DNA of 29,483 bases from a virus (Duplodnaviria; Caudoviricetes), in IMG/VR virus record IMGVR_UViG_3300032237_000496, positions 1-29,483 of that record; one strand, 5' to 3'. A model generated the notes under the pieces. The model searched no databases. It was not told where the DNA came from and saw only the letters and a list, made by a program, of their open reading frames with translations. The translations under genes were made by a program, and so were the position numbers. Each line of letters starts with the position of its first letter. Positions within the stretch are counted from its first letter, which is position 1. Positions 8,790 through 18,422 of this stretch are shown here, piece after piece.

Positions 8790-9350
8790 TTATCCAGTGA
8801 ATCCTGTAGGAGCCGTACCAGCATCAGGCGCAGTACCCACTGCACTGATCGTACATTCCAATGCACCTGACACAGAGTTGGTATATTTGAAGTCGGTAAT
8901 ACGAGCTTCAAAAGGTCCGATAGACAATGAAGGAGAAGCTCCTCCTTCAACACCCAATCGGAATACTATTTTTTCACCCACTACCATAGGATTGACAATG
9001 TTAGGCGCACCATTATTCACTGTGGGAATAACGCTGGCATCCTGTTGGGCTCTGGTAGCAAGGAAACCAGATGCTCCTGTACTATCAATTGGATACCCTT
9101 TGGCTTCCAAATTGAATTTACGCACACCAGCAATTACTTGCTGCATGGCTTGAACAGTCGATCCGCTAGTTACAATGGAAGTATTTGCAGGACGAGACAA
9201 GAAGTTAGTTACATCCGTAGTATCTACTTCTTTAGTAATCGTCCAGTCCGTCATTGCGTGTTCAGTATAAGTGTAGGAAGGAGAAGTTCCACCACTTGCA
9301 ATGGAGAACGACCCACCCTTACCTGAAATACCAACCTTGGGATAAGCCAT
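8790..9350 (-). CDS. Major tail (tube) protein-like, paralog 2
   Basis: AAGGAG SD, ISGKGG, DWTI..EVDTTDVTNF, IAGVRKFNLEAKG, SVSGALECTISAVGT. Confidence 0.7.
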   Translation of the reverse strand: MAYPKVGISGKGGSFSIASGGTSPSYTYTEHAMTDWTITKEVDTTDVTNFLSRPANTSIVTSGSTVQAMQQVIAGVRKFNLEAKGYPIDSTGASGFLATRAQQDASVIPTVNNGAPNIVNPMVVGEKIVFRLGVEGGASPSLSIGPFEARITDFKYTNSVSGALECTISAVGTAPDAGTAPTGFTG

Positions 9351-9361
9351 TAGTGTTCTCC

Positions 9362-9790
9362 TTAAGGACTAACAGTATAAGTGTTACCAGTTACCGTGCT
9401 AGTACCACTAATTTCAAACTCGTACTTACCTTTGACGCTCAAAGTTTTCTTTACGCTTGTAACCAAGATTTCATCTTTATAAGTTACAGTTGCTGGAAAA
9501 GAACCATCCGAGTCATTGGCTACTTCAATGTATACAATATCACCTTCAGTAGGATAAGTGTTTAATGTACTCGTAGAAGGATCCCGAACAATAGGACCAC
9601 TCAAAGTGTAGTCTGCTTTATAGATGCCTGCAATGTTATCGTGCCAACCAAAAGTACCAAAGTTGGTGCTTTCAATGGCTTCCATGTTAATGGCAGCATC
9701 CCAGTTATCCGCAATCAATTCTGTAGTGGTTCCACTAGCAGCAGCGTAGCGAACTTTGCCCCACTTCCCTGACAATGGTTGAATAGCCAT
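9362..9790 (-). CDS. Major tail (tube) protein-like, paralog 1
   Basis: AGGAGG SD, LSGKWG, NWDA....AIESTNF, IAGIYKADYTLSG, SVKGKYEFEISGTST; follows the tail terminator. Confidence 0.7.
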   Translation of the reverse strand: MAIQPLSGKWGKVRYAAASGTTTELIADNWDAAINMEAIESTNFGTFGWHDNIAGIYKADYTLSGPIVRDPSTSTLNTYPTEGDIVYIEVANDSDGSFPATVTYKDEILVTSVKKTLSVKGKYEFEISGTSTVTGNTYTVSP

Positions 9791-9798
9791 AAGACCTC

Positions 9799-10242
9799 CT
9801 AGTAGTGTGGACGAATTTCCATCGTCTTATATCTAACCTGAACAGCACTCAATTGGTAATTAGCAGTGTTACCACCAGCTAATGGCATATTCAATGGGGC
9901 ACCTTCTACTACATTGGTATCCCATACTTCAGGTACACCTGTTAGTTTAACACCTGTAAGTGTATCCCGCAAGAGTTCTCTTAACTCTAAATCAGATTGA
10001 ATCCCTGTAGTAAAATCTCTGTTACCCGCTTGAACTAGCGCAATACCTATGGTGTATTCGTATCCTATGTATCCAAATGCTTGTACAGGAATTGTTTCCC
10101 CATTAAGCAAACCCACAATGACAATGGGTAAAGAGTCTCCATCCAACATAATCATGCGTTTACGAACAACTACTGTAGGCAGCGTTTGGAGTATATCCAA
10201 GCGTTGCTTTACAGCATTCAGAATGTTGTTTAATACGCTCAT
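9799..10242 (-). CDS. Putative tail terminator / tail completion protein
   Basis: 147 aa, ILNAVKQRL N-terminal helix, LPIVIV strand, position just before the tube genes, ATGA coupling. Confidence 0.6.
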   Translation of the reverse strand: MSVLNNILNAVKQRLDILQTLPTVVVRKRMIMLDGDSLPIVIVGLLNGETIPVQAFGYIGYEYTIGIALVQAGNRDFTTGIQSDLELRELLRDTLTGVKLTGVPEVWDTNVVEGAPLNMPLAGGNTANYQLSAVQVRYKTMEIRPHY

Positions 10243-10562
10243 GTGAGATGTAACCCTGCATCAATCATGGCAGTAATTACCCAGCGTGAGATTAGAGTCT
10301 GCCGAGTAAATGCAATAACTCGGTAAGATTCTCCATTCACAACCAGATTGTCATTAGACGCTGGTGAAATGGGTAGCTCATCTTGCCAGATACCAAACTT
10401 GGTGGCTACTGTAGGAAGCCCTACATCATCCATTGTATTAGGTGCATCTATAGCTGGGTAGACTTTTATGTAAGATAATGCGTAAGATACCCCTGCTTTA
10501 GTGGTGTATGTTCCACTTGCAAGGTTATCTATGTACAGATAATCTTTTGAAATATCTACCAT
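10239..10562 (-). CDS. Putative head closure / head-tail joining protein
   Basis: 107 aa, P..ND.LVVNGESYRV beta pattern resembling FII/gp16-type stoppers, synteny. Confidence 0.55.
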   Translation of the reverse strand: MVDISKDYLYIDNLASGTYTTKAGVSYALSYIKVYPAIDAPNTMDDVGLPTVATKFGIWQDELPISPASNDNLVVNGESYRVIAFTRQTLISRWVITAMIDAGLHLT

Positions 10563-11059
10563 TAGAATGCAGCTTCTAGTGGAGTAATATTAAAAGGTAC
10601 TTGTAAAATATCATGTATTTCATCAATCATTTCATACAAAGTGTCTTCAACACTTTTTCTACCCAGTCTACTTTTGTAAAATAGCACATCAGGATAGTAA
10701 CAACTGCTAGTCATTTCGCCGTCACTATTATATCGTTCAGTTGTTGCGTATTCTTTACGATATTCAAAACGAATTTTACGCTGCCCATTTTTAGGCATTT
10801 GAATAACTGAGTTATAAGAATCTCGAAGTCTACCAGTTCTCATAGCGGGATATTCTCCCCTTGCAGACGCTGGCGGAAACTCTCTACTTAATTCTTCAAT
10901 GTGTCGATTGTCTACAAGGGTTTTAACTCGTCTAAGCGCAGCCCTCATTTTATTGTCTTGCTGAGACCTAGTAATGGATGCAATGCTGTCCCATTTACCC
11001 CCTGAAGGGGTAACACCTGCCATTTCTCCCAGCCAGAATGCAACCTCTTCTGCGCTCAC
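10562..11059 (-). CDS. Putative neck / tail completion protein (HK97 gp10-like)
   Basis: PASARGEYPAMRTGRLRDS resembles the SxPGExP..TGxLRxS motif of this family. Confidence 0.6.
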   Translation of the reverse strand: MSAEEVAFWLGEMAGVTPSGGKWDSIASITRSQQDNKMRAALRRVKTLVDNRHIEELSREFPPASARGEYPAMRTGRLRDSYNSVIQMPKNGQRKIRFEYRKEYATTERYNSDGEMTSSCYYPDVLFYKSRLGRKSVEDTLYEMIDEIHDILQVPFNITPLEAAF

Positions 11060-11388
11060 TAAACTTGTACCTCCCGGTAAATCAAGTGCCCTCCGACCGT
11101 TGCTACACCACTTAAACTAAGTACCAGTGCTTCACCTACAGCAGTTTCCATTACACCATATTCTGCCATAAAAGTTCCAGCACCACTTATACCTTGTCTA
11201 GAACCATCTGTAGCAAAGTGCATAGGTCCACTAATAGCAGTTGTTGTTCCAGATTTCCATGTAACAACAACAGCAGTAGAAGCTGTTTGAGTATAGCCTA
11301 ATACTCGAATCTTTTTACCAGTTACAGCTGAAATTATTGTGTTATTTCCAGAAGCACTTGCATTGATTACTGCATACTTTACAGACAT
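11059..11388 (-). CDS. Small virion structural protein
   Basis: 109 aa, G/A/T/V-rich beta protein in the head-tail region, coupled to both neighbours. Confidence 0.6.
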   Translation of the reverse strand: MSVKYAVINASASGNNTIISAVTGKKIRVLGYTQTASTAVVVTWKSGTTTAISGPMHFATDGSRQGISGAGTFMAEYGVMETAVGEALVLSLSGVATVGGHLIYREVQV

Positions 11389-11609
11389 TATAGGCTCCCT
11401 ACTCTAGTCATAAGTTGATACGGACCTTGCAAGCGTCTGCGTGTAGTAATCAGACTTTCCAAGGAATCCGTAAGCATTTTAAAGTATTCTGTGTGGCTGA
11501 AAGTCTGACCGTCTACCGAGTAAGATGGTTTAGGGTCAGCAGATAACTCAGCGAGTTTAGCTGTAAGGTTGGTAATAGCTGTGTCAATCATTACATATTG
11601 ACTAGCCAT
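11388..11609 (-). CDS. Head-tail adaptor, lambda gpW-like
   Basis: 73 aa helix-hairpin-helix pattern with PSYSVDGQTFS, consistent with the lambda-type portal. Confidence 0.65.
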   Translation of the reverse strand: MASQYVMIDTAITNLTAKLAELSADPKPSYSVDGQTFSHTEYFKMLTDSLESLITTRRRLQGPYQLMTRVGSL

Positions 11610-11799
11610 TTTTTACCTCATGAATGGTGAATTCAAAAATTGGTTTAGCTGAACTTAGCATCAAATCCCGCTTGTAGCTTTCTACGGCTTCTCTGGGACT
11701 GTATGAATTATATATCCTTCTGGGCAAACCTGCCAGAGATACTGCGTAGGTTTTTTGCATATCAAAATCTTTCCATTCTTTTGTTCTTGGACCTGCCAT
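11602..11799 (-). CDS. Hypothetical protein
   Basis: AGGAG SD, 65 aa, overlaps the next start. Confidence 0.65.
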   Translation of the reverse strand: MAGPRTKEWKDFDMQKTYAVSLAGLPRRIYNSYSPREAVESYKRDLMLSSAKPIFEFTIHEVKNG

Positions 11800-11812
11800 G
11801 TTCTCTCCTATG

Positions 11813-11847
11813 AAAAAGCCCCACCCACCTGTTTGATGGATGGGGCT
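11813..11847 (-). terminator. Rho-independent terminator after the major capsid gene
   Basis: Minus strand AGCCCCATCCATC-AAACA-GGTGGGTGGGGCT followed by TTTT. Confidence 0.85.
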
Positions 11848-11870
11848 AGTTAAAACCTAAACCGTTATGA

Positions 11871-13211
11871 TTAGGCCGAACACTTCATCGTGTGCCATGG
11901 TGACCACACAGAAGCGATACCCCTCTCATGAGCAAAGTAGGTAGCGATGATGCCACGGTCCAACATATTGTAAGACTGAGCAGCAGCTTGCTGTACTTGC
12001 AGAGGATAGTTCTGCATATACTTGAAGCTCTTACCCTTCTCCATCATGAACCAAGTGGAGGTGGCAGTGTCGTAGCTACCCAGCTGTGAGTAAAGTTGTT
12101 GCTCAAGCAACGGGCTGGTAAGGACATCAAACATTCCCGAGTAGGGGTTGCTGTTGGTGTCAGACACATTCAGCGGATTACTGGTCGTCTGAGGAGTGGT
12201 AGCTCCTGCACCAGTACGACGCTGAGTCATGGTTGCATTCAGGATAAGGTTGGCAGTAGCCAGCTTACCCGGAGAAACCAAGATGGTGTTGGGGTTGATC
12301 AAGATACGCTTGGTGGTATCAGGATCAGTGAAGCGACTGAACTTCAACCAAGCAGCTTGGACATTGGTCCAGTCTTGGAGATCGTTGCCGGTCAAGGCAT
12401 TGTCATAGCCAAGGTTGTTGGCGTAGGTGTTGTAAGCAGATCCCTTCCAGTTGAAAGGATTGTTTACACCGATGATGGTGTCAAGGATTTCGAGTTCCTT
12501 GCGATAAGCAAGTTGCTCCCCCAGTTCACCAGCACGACGAAGAACATCGCCAGTGAGGTCAAAGAAGACGGCTTCTTTGAGGATGTCAATCGCCAGAGCG
12601 TTTTCACGGGTCTCTGGAGTTTGAATCCAACGCTCACCATATTGGGTCCTAGGATGAGGTTCACCCGGAGCCCTACGCTGCGACACATCACCGATGGGGT
12701 TGATGCCGATAACCTTCTGACCGTTGAGCTTGGTAGCTTCAGCAGGCATAAGCTTATCGCCGATGAAGGTAGGATTTTGGAAAGCTTCCAGAATCTTGAC
12801 TTCAATCAGACCACCAGTAAGGATGGTGTAAGCATTGATGTTGAGGAACGCTGAAGGATCAATACCAAATCCGGTATTTTCCAACAGAGCCTGACGATCA
12901 CCCGGTTCAGATTGTTCGAGCAAAGAGCGAGCAATCGTAGAGCGAGCAAAGAGTTCGCCTTGAGCAGGATCAAAGATCTGCTTCCATTGGCGACCGCAAA
13001 TACCTTCTGCAAGTTCAGCAAGGCTGAATTCTTCAGGGCGGAACTTGGCTTCCTTGAGGGTACGGTTGCCAGCACGATCTTTGTAATCGTTACCGTTCTC
13101 ATCGCAAAGACCGAGACCATGACGAATCTCGTTGACAAAGCGAAGACGACCGCCACCACCGGGAGCAATTCGACTTTCGTACAATTCCTGAACTTTGAAC
13201 ATATTCAACAT
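11871..13211 (-). CDS. Major capsid protein (HK97 fold, probable cleaved N-terminal extension)
   Basis: 446 aa, AAGGAG SD, strong codon bias, follows protease and decoration genes, followed by a terminator. Confidence 0.85.
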   Translation of the reverse strand: MLNMFKVQELYESRIAPGGGGRLRFVNEIRHGLGLCDENGNDYKDRAGNRTLKEAKFRPEEFSLAELAEGICGRQWKQIFDPAQGELFARSTIARSLLEQSEPGDRQALLENTGFGIDPSAFLNINAYTILTGGLIEVKILEAFQNPTFIGDKLMPAEATKLNGQKVIGINPIGDVSQRRAPGEPHPRTQYGERWIQTPETRENALAIDILKEAVFFDLTGDVLRRAGELGEQLAYRKELEILDTIIGVNNPFNWKGSAYNTYANNLGYDNALTGNDLQDWTNVQAAWLKFSRFTDPDTTKRILINPNTILVSPGKLATANLILNATMTQRRTGAGATTPQTTSNPLNVSDTNSNPYSGMFDVLTSPLLEQQLYSQLGSYDTATSTWFMMEKGKSFKYMQNYPLQVQQAAAQSYNMLDRGIIATYFAHERGIASVWSPWHTMKCSA

Positions 13212-13236
13212 AACTTGATCTCCTTAAGGGTATGGG

Positions 13237-13743
13237 TTAGTTCCTGTCGGCGAAGGTAAAGGGAGAAAACTTCCCTACCAGCCGAACACGGATGCGAGTC
13301 ACCGCAGTAGTGTAAAGGGAAACCACATACCCGATGATTTGGGCAGTAGTAACATTGGAAGCTACAGTGTAGTCACCAGTAGAACCGGTAACGCCACCAA
13401 CAGTAGCACCAACATTGAAAGTACCCGAAGCGACATTGGCTTCATATACAGCGTCCGAAGCAACCGTGATGGTTTGAATCGGAGTGGGGAAGGCAGGATA
13501 ACCAAGAGAGGTATCCGAAGCTAGCTTACCACTAAGAGCCACACCAACAAAGTTTGCGCCAATGTTGGCTACCGAATCGCTAAGACCCGCAGTACCCAGC
13601 GAAATAGGTTCAACCCATTTGTTGGTAGCATCCCAAACAAGAAGGTCTCCTACGCTGATAGCAGTAGAAGCCTTGGCAGGAAGCTGAAGCTCCGTAGTAC
13701 CGGGAGGAAGAACAAACCGTCCACCACTGAAAGTCGTACTCAT
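13237..13743 (-). CDS. Head decoration / capsid cement protein
   Basis: 168 aa, AISVGDLLV, FVGVA, IIGYV beta-tulip-like pattern, between scaffold and capsid genes. Confidence 0.7.
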   Translation of the reverse strand: MSTTFSGGRFVLPPGTTELQLPAKASTAISVGDLLVWDATNKWVEPISLGTAGLSDSVANIGANFVGVALSGKLASDTSLGYPAFPTPIQTITVASDAVYEANVASGTFNVGATVGGVTGSTGDYTVASNVTTAQIIGYVVSLYTTAVTRIRVRLVGKFSPFTFADRN

Positions 13744-13761
13744 CTAAAACTCCTGAAAAGG

Positions 13762-14817
13762 TTAGTTAACCAACCACTCATACAATCCCTTTTCAGGGAC
13801 CTTACCAGCCTTGGCCACAGGGATGGTAGTCTTTGGTGCGCTGACTGCTTCAGCCAGTGCCATCTTGCGAAGAACCCTTACAGCAGCGTCTTTCGACATA
13901 TTGCTAAGGTCTTCAAGCAATTCCGCATCAGGTTTAATTTTAATGGATTCACAAAGTTCTTTAAGTTCTGCTGTGAGTTTGAGTCGGGTTACTTCCACAG
14001 ACTCTTTCTTTTCTTCTGGGTCTTTGTCTTTGGGTTTATCGTCTGCATCTTTATCCTCATTCTCCTTCATTTTGTCTTTAGGAGGTGCAGGATTGTTGGA
14101 GTCTTTGGAAGAATCGTAATCAGCGGGAAGCTTGTCTTCCCCTTCTTTCATACCATACGCTTCTTTGATCTTGGACATTTTGCCGTTGTCATCGGCATCT
14201 TTGTCATCAAGAGCTTCTTTGACTTTCTTGCAGACTTCGCACATAGATTCTTTTACAGGATGATCGCCTTTGACGATATCCACATGAGTTTCGTCACCTT
14301 CTTTTTTCTTATCTTCAGCCATGGTAACCTCCGAAAGAGAATTGCAAGTCGCTGGGTCAGCTACAAGGTCCACTGATTTTACTTTAGTAATTTTGTAGAC
14401 TTCTTCTACGCCTTTAACCTTACGCACTTGGCCATCAGCGTAATGAGAGAATCCCATAGATTCAGGAAGGCGTTCGGCGGCTTCGATGATCCGTTCTGAT
14501 AACGGATGAGATTTGAGGAATTCAAAGTCGCCGAACAATCCTTCACCTTCTACAAAGCGGACATTGATGACACGCCCCAGTCTGTCATGAATAGATCTAG
14601 GAGTCTTCGTGTCACCATGGTCCGCATTGACTGGTACACCCTCATAGAGTTTAGCAGCTTCCTTTACCGCTTCTGGGGTGTAAGTTCTACCATTCTTGGA
14701 AACAAACCCAAGGAGTTTGACATTACGAATAATGCCTGCATCCTTGTCGATAATAAGTCCGTTGCTGCCCATGATAGCAGCTTCATGAATAACAAATATA
14801 TTCTTGCGGTTAGACAT
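13762..14817 (-). CDS. Prohead protease with fused charged scaffold domain (start revised to MSNRKN)
   Basis: SKNGRTY, VNADH, GFSH, SVDLVADPA motifs of clan SH phage maturation proteases; D/E/K-rich C-terminal half. Confidence 0.85.
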   Translation of the reverse strand: MSNRKNIFVIHEAAIMGSNGLIIDKDAGIIRNVKLLGFVSKNGRTYTPEAVKEAAKLYEGVPVNADHGDTKTPRSIHDRLGRVINVRFVEGEGLFGDFEFLKSHPLSERIIEAAERLPESMGFSHYADGQVRKVKGVEEVYKITKVKSVDLVADPATCNSLSEVTMAEDKKKEGDETHVDIVKGDHPVKESMCEVCKKVKEALDDKDADDNGKMSKIKEAYGMKEGEDKLPADYDSSKDSNNPAPPKDKMKENEDKDADDKPKDKDPEEKKESVEVTRLKLTAELKELCESIKIKPDAELLEDLSNMSKDAAVRVLRKMALAEAVSAPKTTIPVAKAGKVPEKGLYEWLVN

Positions 14818-14824
14818 GATACTA

Positions 14825-14853
14825 ATTTTGAACCTTTGTTTAGAGTGTGTCAA
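14825..14853 (-). promoter_or_regulatory. Sigma70-type promoter, probably giving a leaderless transcript
   Basis: TTGACA (14853-14848), 17 nt, CAAAAT (14830-14825), 7 nt, ATG; no SD. Confidence 0.5.
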
Positions 14854-14867
14854 GTGATAAAACAAAA

Positions 14868-16466
14868 TTATTTTTGTTTTGATCCATCTTTATCGTCTAC
14901 AGCTACAGGCTGATCTGTAGTCTGAGTCTTTGCATCACCATTGATTGGTCCTTGTTTTTGTTTATTTGCTGCCTCATTATCCCCATTTTGGCCCTGAGCA
15001 TAGCCTGTTTCAGGGGGTACATTAGAGTTTCTGTACTCTTGAGCAATGAATTCTTGCTCTCTAGCGTAGTTCATACCTAGTTCAGAGCAGATTGTATGCT
15101 TGGATTTGATAGCCATTTCATAGTAAATCTGGTTTGCTCTGGCTTCTGCACCCTTATCTCGGACTTCCATGGCAGGTGGAGCAATGTCAATGGCTACAAT
15201 ATCCCGCCATTCCAGTGGAATTTCACCCGCTAACGAAGCATTTTCCAGTACTTTTTCCAGTATAAGACGGAAAACTTTCTTGTAATCCCGCTGCATTCTC
15301 ATGCAAGCCTTTAAGAAAGGGCTCTCTGCGGTCAATGAACTGGCATAAGACATGGAGTCTGAGCGGGAACTAACCAGCCATTCAGGGGCAGACCAGCGCA
15401 TTCCAGCAGTACGAAGCACTGCTTGAAGGGCTTGGAGGTGGGGTTCAACATTGGATGCACCCGGAGGTTCCTTATAAGTGGAACCATTAGGCATATCAAT
15501 GAAGGTTCCGGGCTGGATTTGTTCGTATCCACCGAATGCTGTAGGCATCATTCCCGGATAAGGGAAAGGAGGAGTAGGTGTAGCTCCAATTTGGGTATCC
15601 AAAAAGTCTTGAACTTGAGATACAGTAGCATCTTCATGCTGACGGATAGCTGCAATCGCTGCTTGAACCGCTGCACCCTCTCCAATGTTCCTCTGTAATT
15701 TTGCAGCTAGGTTAAACATTTCCAATGTGGAGAAAGAGAAGTCAGGGATACCTCTCTTCATAGCTTCATTGCAGTTTACTTTCAAATGGATCATGTAATC
15801 CGGTTTGACTGCTTCATCAGAGAGTCCCTGATATTCATCAGCGTAATAACGGATGTTGTATTCTTTTATGTTTTGCGTATCCAATGGATCCGTTTTGATT
15901 CCAAAAAGATATTCTTCCTGCGTTGTGCCACCGGGCTGGGTAATACATTCCGGTTCCACAAAGCGTACTGCCAAGTGTCCATCTTCTTGTGGATGTACAC
16001 GCAAAAACATTTCACCATCAATACGAGTACGCCTAAAGATTTCTTCTTGAAGGACTTCAAAGTTGTTTTGATCCATCCACTTGGAAATAAGCAGCTGACA
16101 TTGATTGGCAAGATCCTGATCGGTATCTGACTTACAGGTTGCGCTGAATCCAGTGCTGATTACATAGCTGGTGAGAGCGTTAATGACTCCCGCTGCGTTA
16201 GCATTGGTCCTGTAACAGTACCTAGAAGCATTACGCATCAATGCCAAGTCTTGTTCATTGCGTACAAACGGGTAGTCTGCACCATATGCACGGTCTCTAG
16301 GGTTGTTATTTGCCCAAATACCTACACCAAGATAGCCAGAATTTGCCCTATTCAACACATCTGCGATGTATTGTTGGGGCATATAAAGGTCTCCCCAAGA
16401 CTCTTTTAGGGTCTTTTTGGGAGGTACAGGCGTAGTTTTAGGCTTAAACCAATCAAATAAACCCAT
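14868..16466 (-). CDS. Portal protein (lambda-family)
   Basis: 532 aa after terL; N..A.G.I....SYVI.TG, DGEMF, GI..D, RGIP, SYASS motifs. Confidence 0.9.
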   Translation of the reverse strand: MGLFDWFKPKTTPVPPKKTLKESWGDLYMPQQYIADVLNRANSGYLGVGIWANNNPRDRAYGADYPFVRNEQDLALMRNASRYCYRTNANAAGVINALTSYVISTGFSATCKSDTDQDLANQCQLLISKWMDQNNFEVLQEEIFRRTRIDGEMFLRVHPQEDGHLAVRFVEPECITQPGGTTQEEYLFGIKTDPLDTQNIKEYNIRYYADEYQGLSDEAVKPDYMIHLKVNCNEAMKRGIPDFSFSTLEMFNLAAKLQRNIGEGAAVQAAIAAIRQHEDATVSQVQDFLDTQIGATPTPPFPYPGMMPTAFGGYEQIQPGTFIDMPNGSTYKEPPGASNVEPHLQALQAVLRTAGMRWSAPEWLVSSRSDSMSYASSLTAESPFLKACMRMQRDYKKVFRLILEKVLENASLAGEIPLEWRDIVAIDIAPPAMEVRDKGAEARANQIYYEMAIKSKHTICSELGMNYAREQEFIAQEYRNSNVPPETGYAQGQNGDNEAANKQKQGPINGDAKTQTTDQPVAVDDKDGSKQK

Positions 16467-16468
16467 GA

Positions 16469-17965
16469 TTATCCCCTAATTCCTTGGCTTGCTGGTCGTA
16501 TTTTATTATTACACACAGCGATAAGTGTTCGCAATGCTAGTTCCATGGCATCTGGACCGTCATCATGTTGGCTAGAAGGGAACATTTTTAGCTGATCTAT
16601 CACTAATTTGGAGCCAGCAGACTTGGTAAATCGTAAAATTTTCTGTTCCAAATAGGGTCCAAGCCTACGAATACGCACTTCTTTCTTCAGCGTGTTCTGT
16701 ACACCCTGCGCTGGTAAACGCAAACCTGCCTTTGTTGCTTTGTTTACTAAGTTTTGAATGATTAGGGATTGAAACATATTGCTTTCACAGACAATCATTT
16801 CAGGTTTATACTGCCTAGCCAAGTCTATAACCTGATCTATTAGGGTTTCTGTAGACATTCTAGCAAGAAATGAATGCGTTAGTAGCAGGTTATTTTTGGT
16901 TCTTGCCATGATACAGACCGCTGAGTAATCCCCATGCTTGCTGTCTGTTCCTTTGGATGGGTCTATTGCTAATACACAGCCCTTCAGATCGTCTTGTTTA
17001 GGCCATGGACCTTCCCACCAGATGTGATCAGAAAAGAGTGTTGGTGCCCATTCTTGGGCCCCTTCTGCTGAAGGATTGCACTGGTAAAGGGATTCCCATT
17101 CTCTGGAGCCTACAGAGCTTTTGGTTGTCATCATATCTGCCAGACTGTATTTGTTTGGCCAGATAGGATCTCCCGGATTTCTGGGATCCAGTGGACTGAT
17201 GTTTCCTTCAGCGATAGCAGGGAAACTCAAGTATTCAAATTGATCTGCATCGGATTCCTCTTTCATTCGGGTAAGAAGGTCACCAATCAAATCTTCTGGG
17301 TGCCAACGGGTTTGTACGACAATGATACGGACATCTTTTTCTGCTCTGGTACGGAAGGTGGACTTGTACCATTGCTTGACTGTATTGCGAATGGTAGGGG
17401 AGTCTGCATCTTCACGGTTACGGAAGGGGTCGTCTACGATCAACCAGTGACCACCCATACCCGTAATCGCACCACCTACACCCGCTGAACGATAGAATCC
17501 TTTGTGTCCTACAATTTCAAACAGGTCAGAAGTTCGTGTATAGTTTTCTGATGTTGCACCTCTACCTCCTGAGGTTTCACTAATCGTAGTTTCAGGAAAG
17601 AGTCGCTTGTATTCTGCGCTGACTATCACCCTCTGAACATCCCTGTTGATACGACTGGATAGGTCAGCACCATAGGAACAAGCAATGATCTGAGTGTTTG
17701 GATTCTTACCAAAGAGGAATGCAGGAAGTCTTCTAGAAATAAGCTCTGACTTACCCATTCGTGGAGGGATTGCTAATGCAAGTTTTCTCAAAGCATTAGG
17801 ATCATCTGAAGGTAACAACATCCTGTCTATCTGATCGCTGATCAATTGATGATGCCAGTTAATTTCATACTCTGGCATTGTGTATGTAGAGAAATTGATC
17901 AGGTGTTCCCTAGCCAACTTTCTGTTAGCCAATTCATCTAGCAGGCTATCATGATCCGTTGTCAT
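16469..17965 (-). CDS. terL: Terminase large subunit (start may be 17965 or 17992)
   Basis: Walker A PPRMGKSE, Walker B LIVDDP, QTRWH, nuclease motifs AIDPS and HDDGPDA. Confidence 0.96.
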   Translation of the reverse strand: MTTDHDSLLDELANRKLAREHLINFSTYTMPEYEINWHHQLISDQIDRMLLPSDDPNALRKLALAIPPRMGKSELISRRLPAFLFGKNPNTQIIACSYGADLSSRINRDVQRVIVSAEYKRLFPETTISETSGGRGATSENYTRTSDLFEIVGHKGFYRSAGVGGAITGMGGHWLIVDDPFRNREDADSPTIRNTVKQWYKSTFRTRAEKDVRIIVVQTRWHPEDLIGDLLTRMKEESDADQFEYLSFPAIAEGNISPLDPRNPGDPIWPNKYSLADMMTTKSSVGSREWESLYQCNPSAEGAQEWAPTLFSDHIWWEGPWPKQDDLKGCVLAIDPSKGTDSKHGDYSAVCIMARTKNNLLLTHSFLARMSTETLIDQVIDLARQYKPEMIVCESNMFQSLIIQNLVNKATKAGLRLPAQGVQNTLKKEVRIRRLGPYLEQKILRFTKSAGSKLVIDQLKMFPSSQHDDGPDAMELALRTLIAVCNNKIRPASQGIRG

Positions 17966-18422
17966 TGGAAATCTCATTAGGTTTAATTTCAATCACTTGA
18001 TTGCGCTGACTGATACGCTTTTCTTTAGCTCTTTGAGCTACAAGCTCTTCCAATTGACTATCATTCATTTTGGAAGGATCTGTAACCATTTCATGAGTAT
18101 GTTTGATCTCAGTTTTTTCAGTGTATCCTTTCGATTTACCTAAGGTCTTGAGAACCATTTGTACAGCCCATCTCTCACCCATCTGGATTGCATCCATCAG
18201 GTGTGACTCAGCGAGATCTACTAACGCTGAACGATACCCCTTCTGCATTTCCTGAAACTTGGGTCTGGAAGCAATAAACCTACTCAGTCGGTAAGGAGTA
18301 ACATTCAAAGCATCAGCAGCTTTAGTTACAGAACCATTCGCTGAACGAAGAGCAACAGACACTTCTCTTGCTGTGAGATACCTGTTGGGAGCAGAGTACT
18401 CACTTAAGTCTGTGTTGTCCAT
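17949..18422 (-). CDS. terS: Terminase small subunit
   Basis: N-terminal HTH (GSVTKAADALNVT), LAES.L...I..G...A....LKT.GK.KGY.E pattern, immediately upstream of terL. Confidence 0.75.
   Translation of the reverse strand: MDNTDLSEYSAPNRYLTAREVSVALRSANGSVTKAADALNVTPYRLSRFIASRPKFQEMQKGYRSALVDLAESHLMDAIQMGERWAVQMVLKTLGKSKGYTEKTEIKHTHEMVTDPSKMNDSQLEELVAQRAKEKRISQRNQVIEIKPNEISNDNGS

Noticed and set aside
12096-12854. 252-aa plus-strand ORF, and similar antisense ORFs at 1254-1808, 4354-5550, 8797-9565, 13811-14913 and 15423-16130
   Set aside because: Shadow frames opposite well-supported, codon-biased genes; no SD or recognisable motifs
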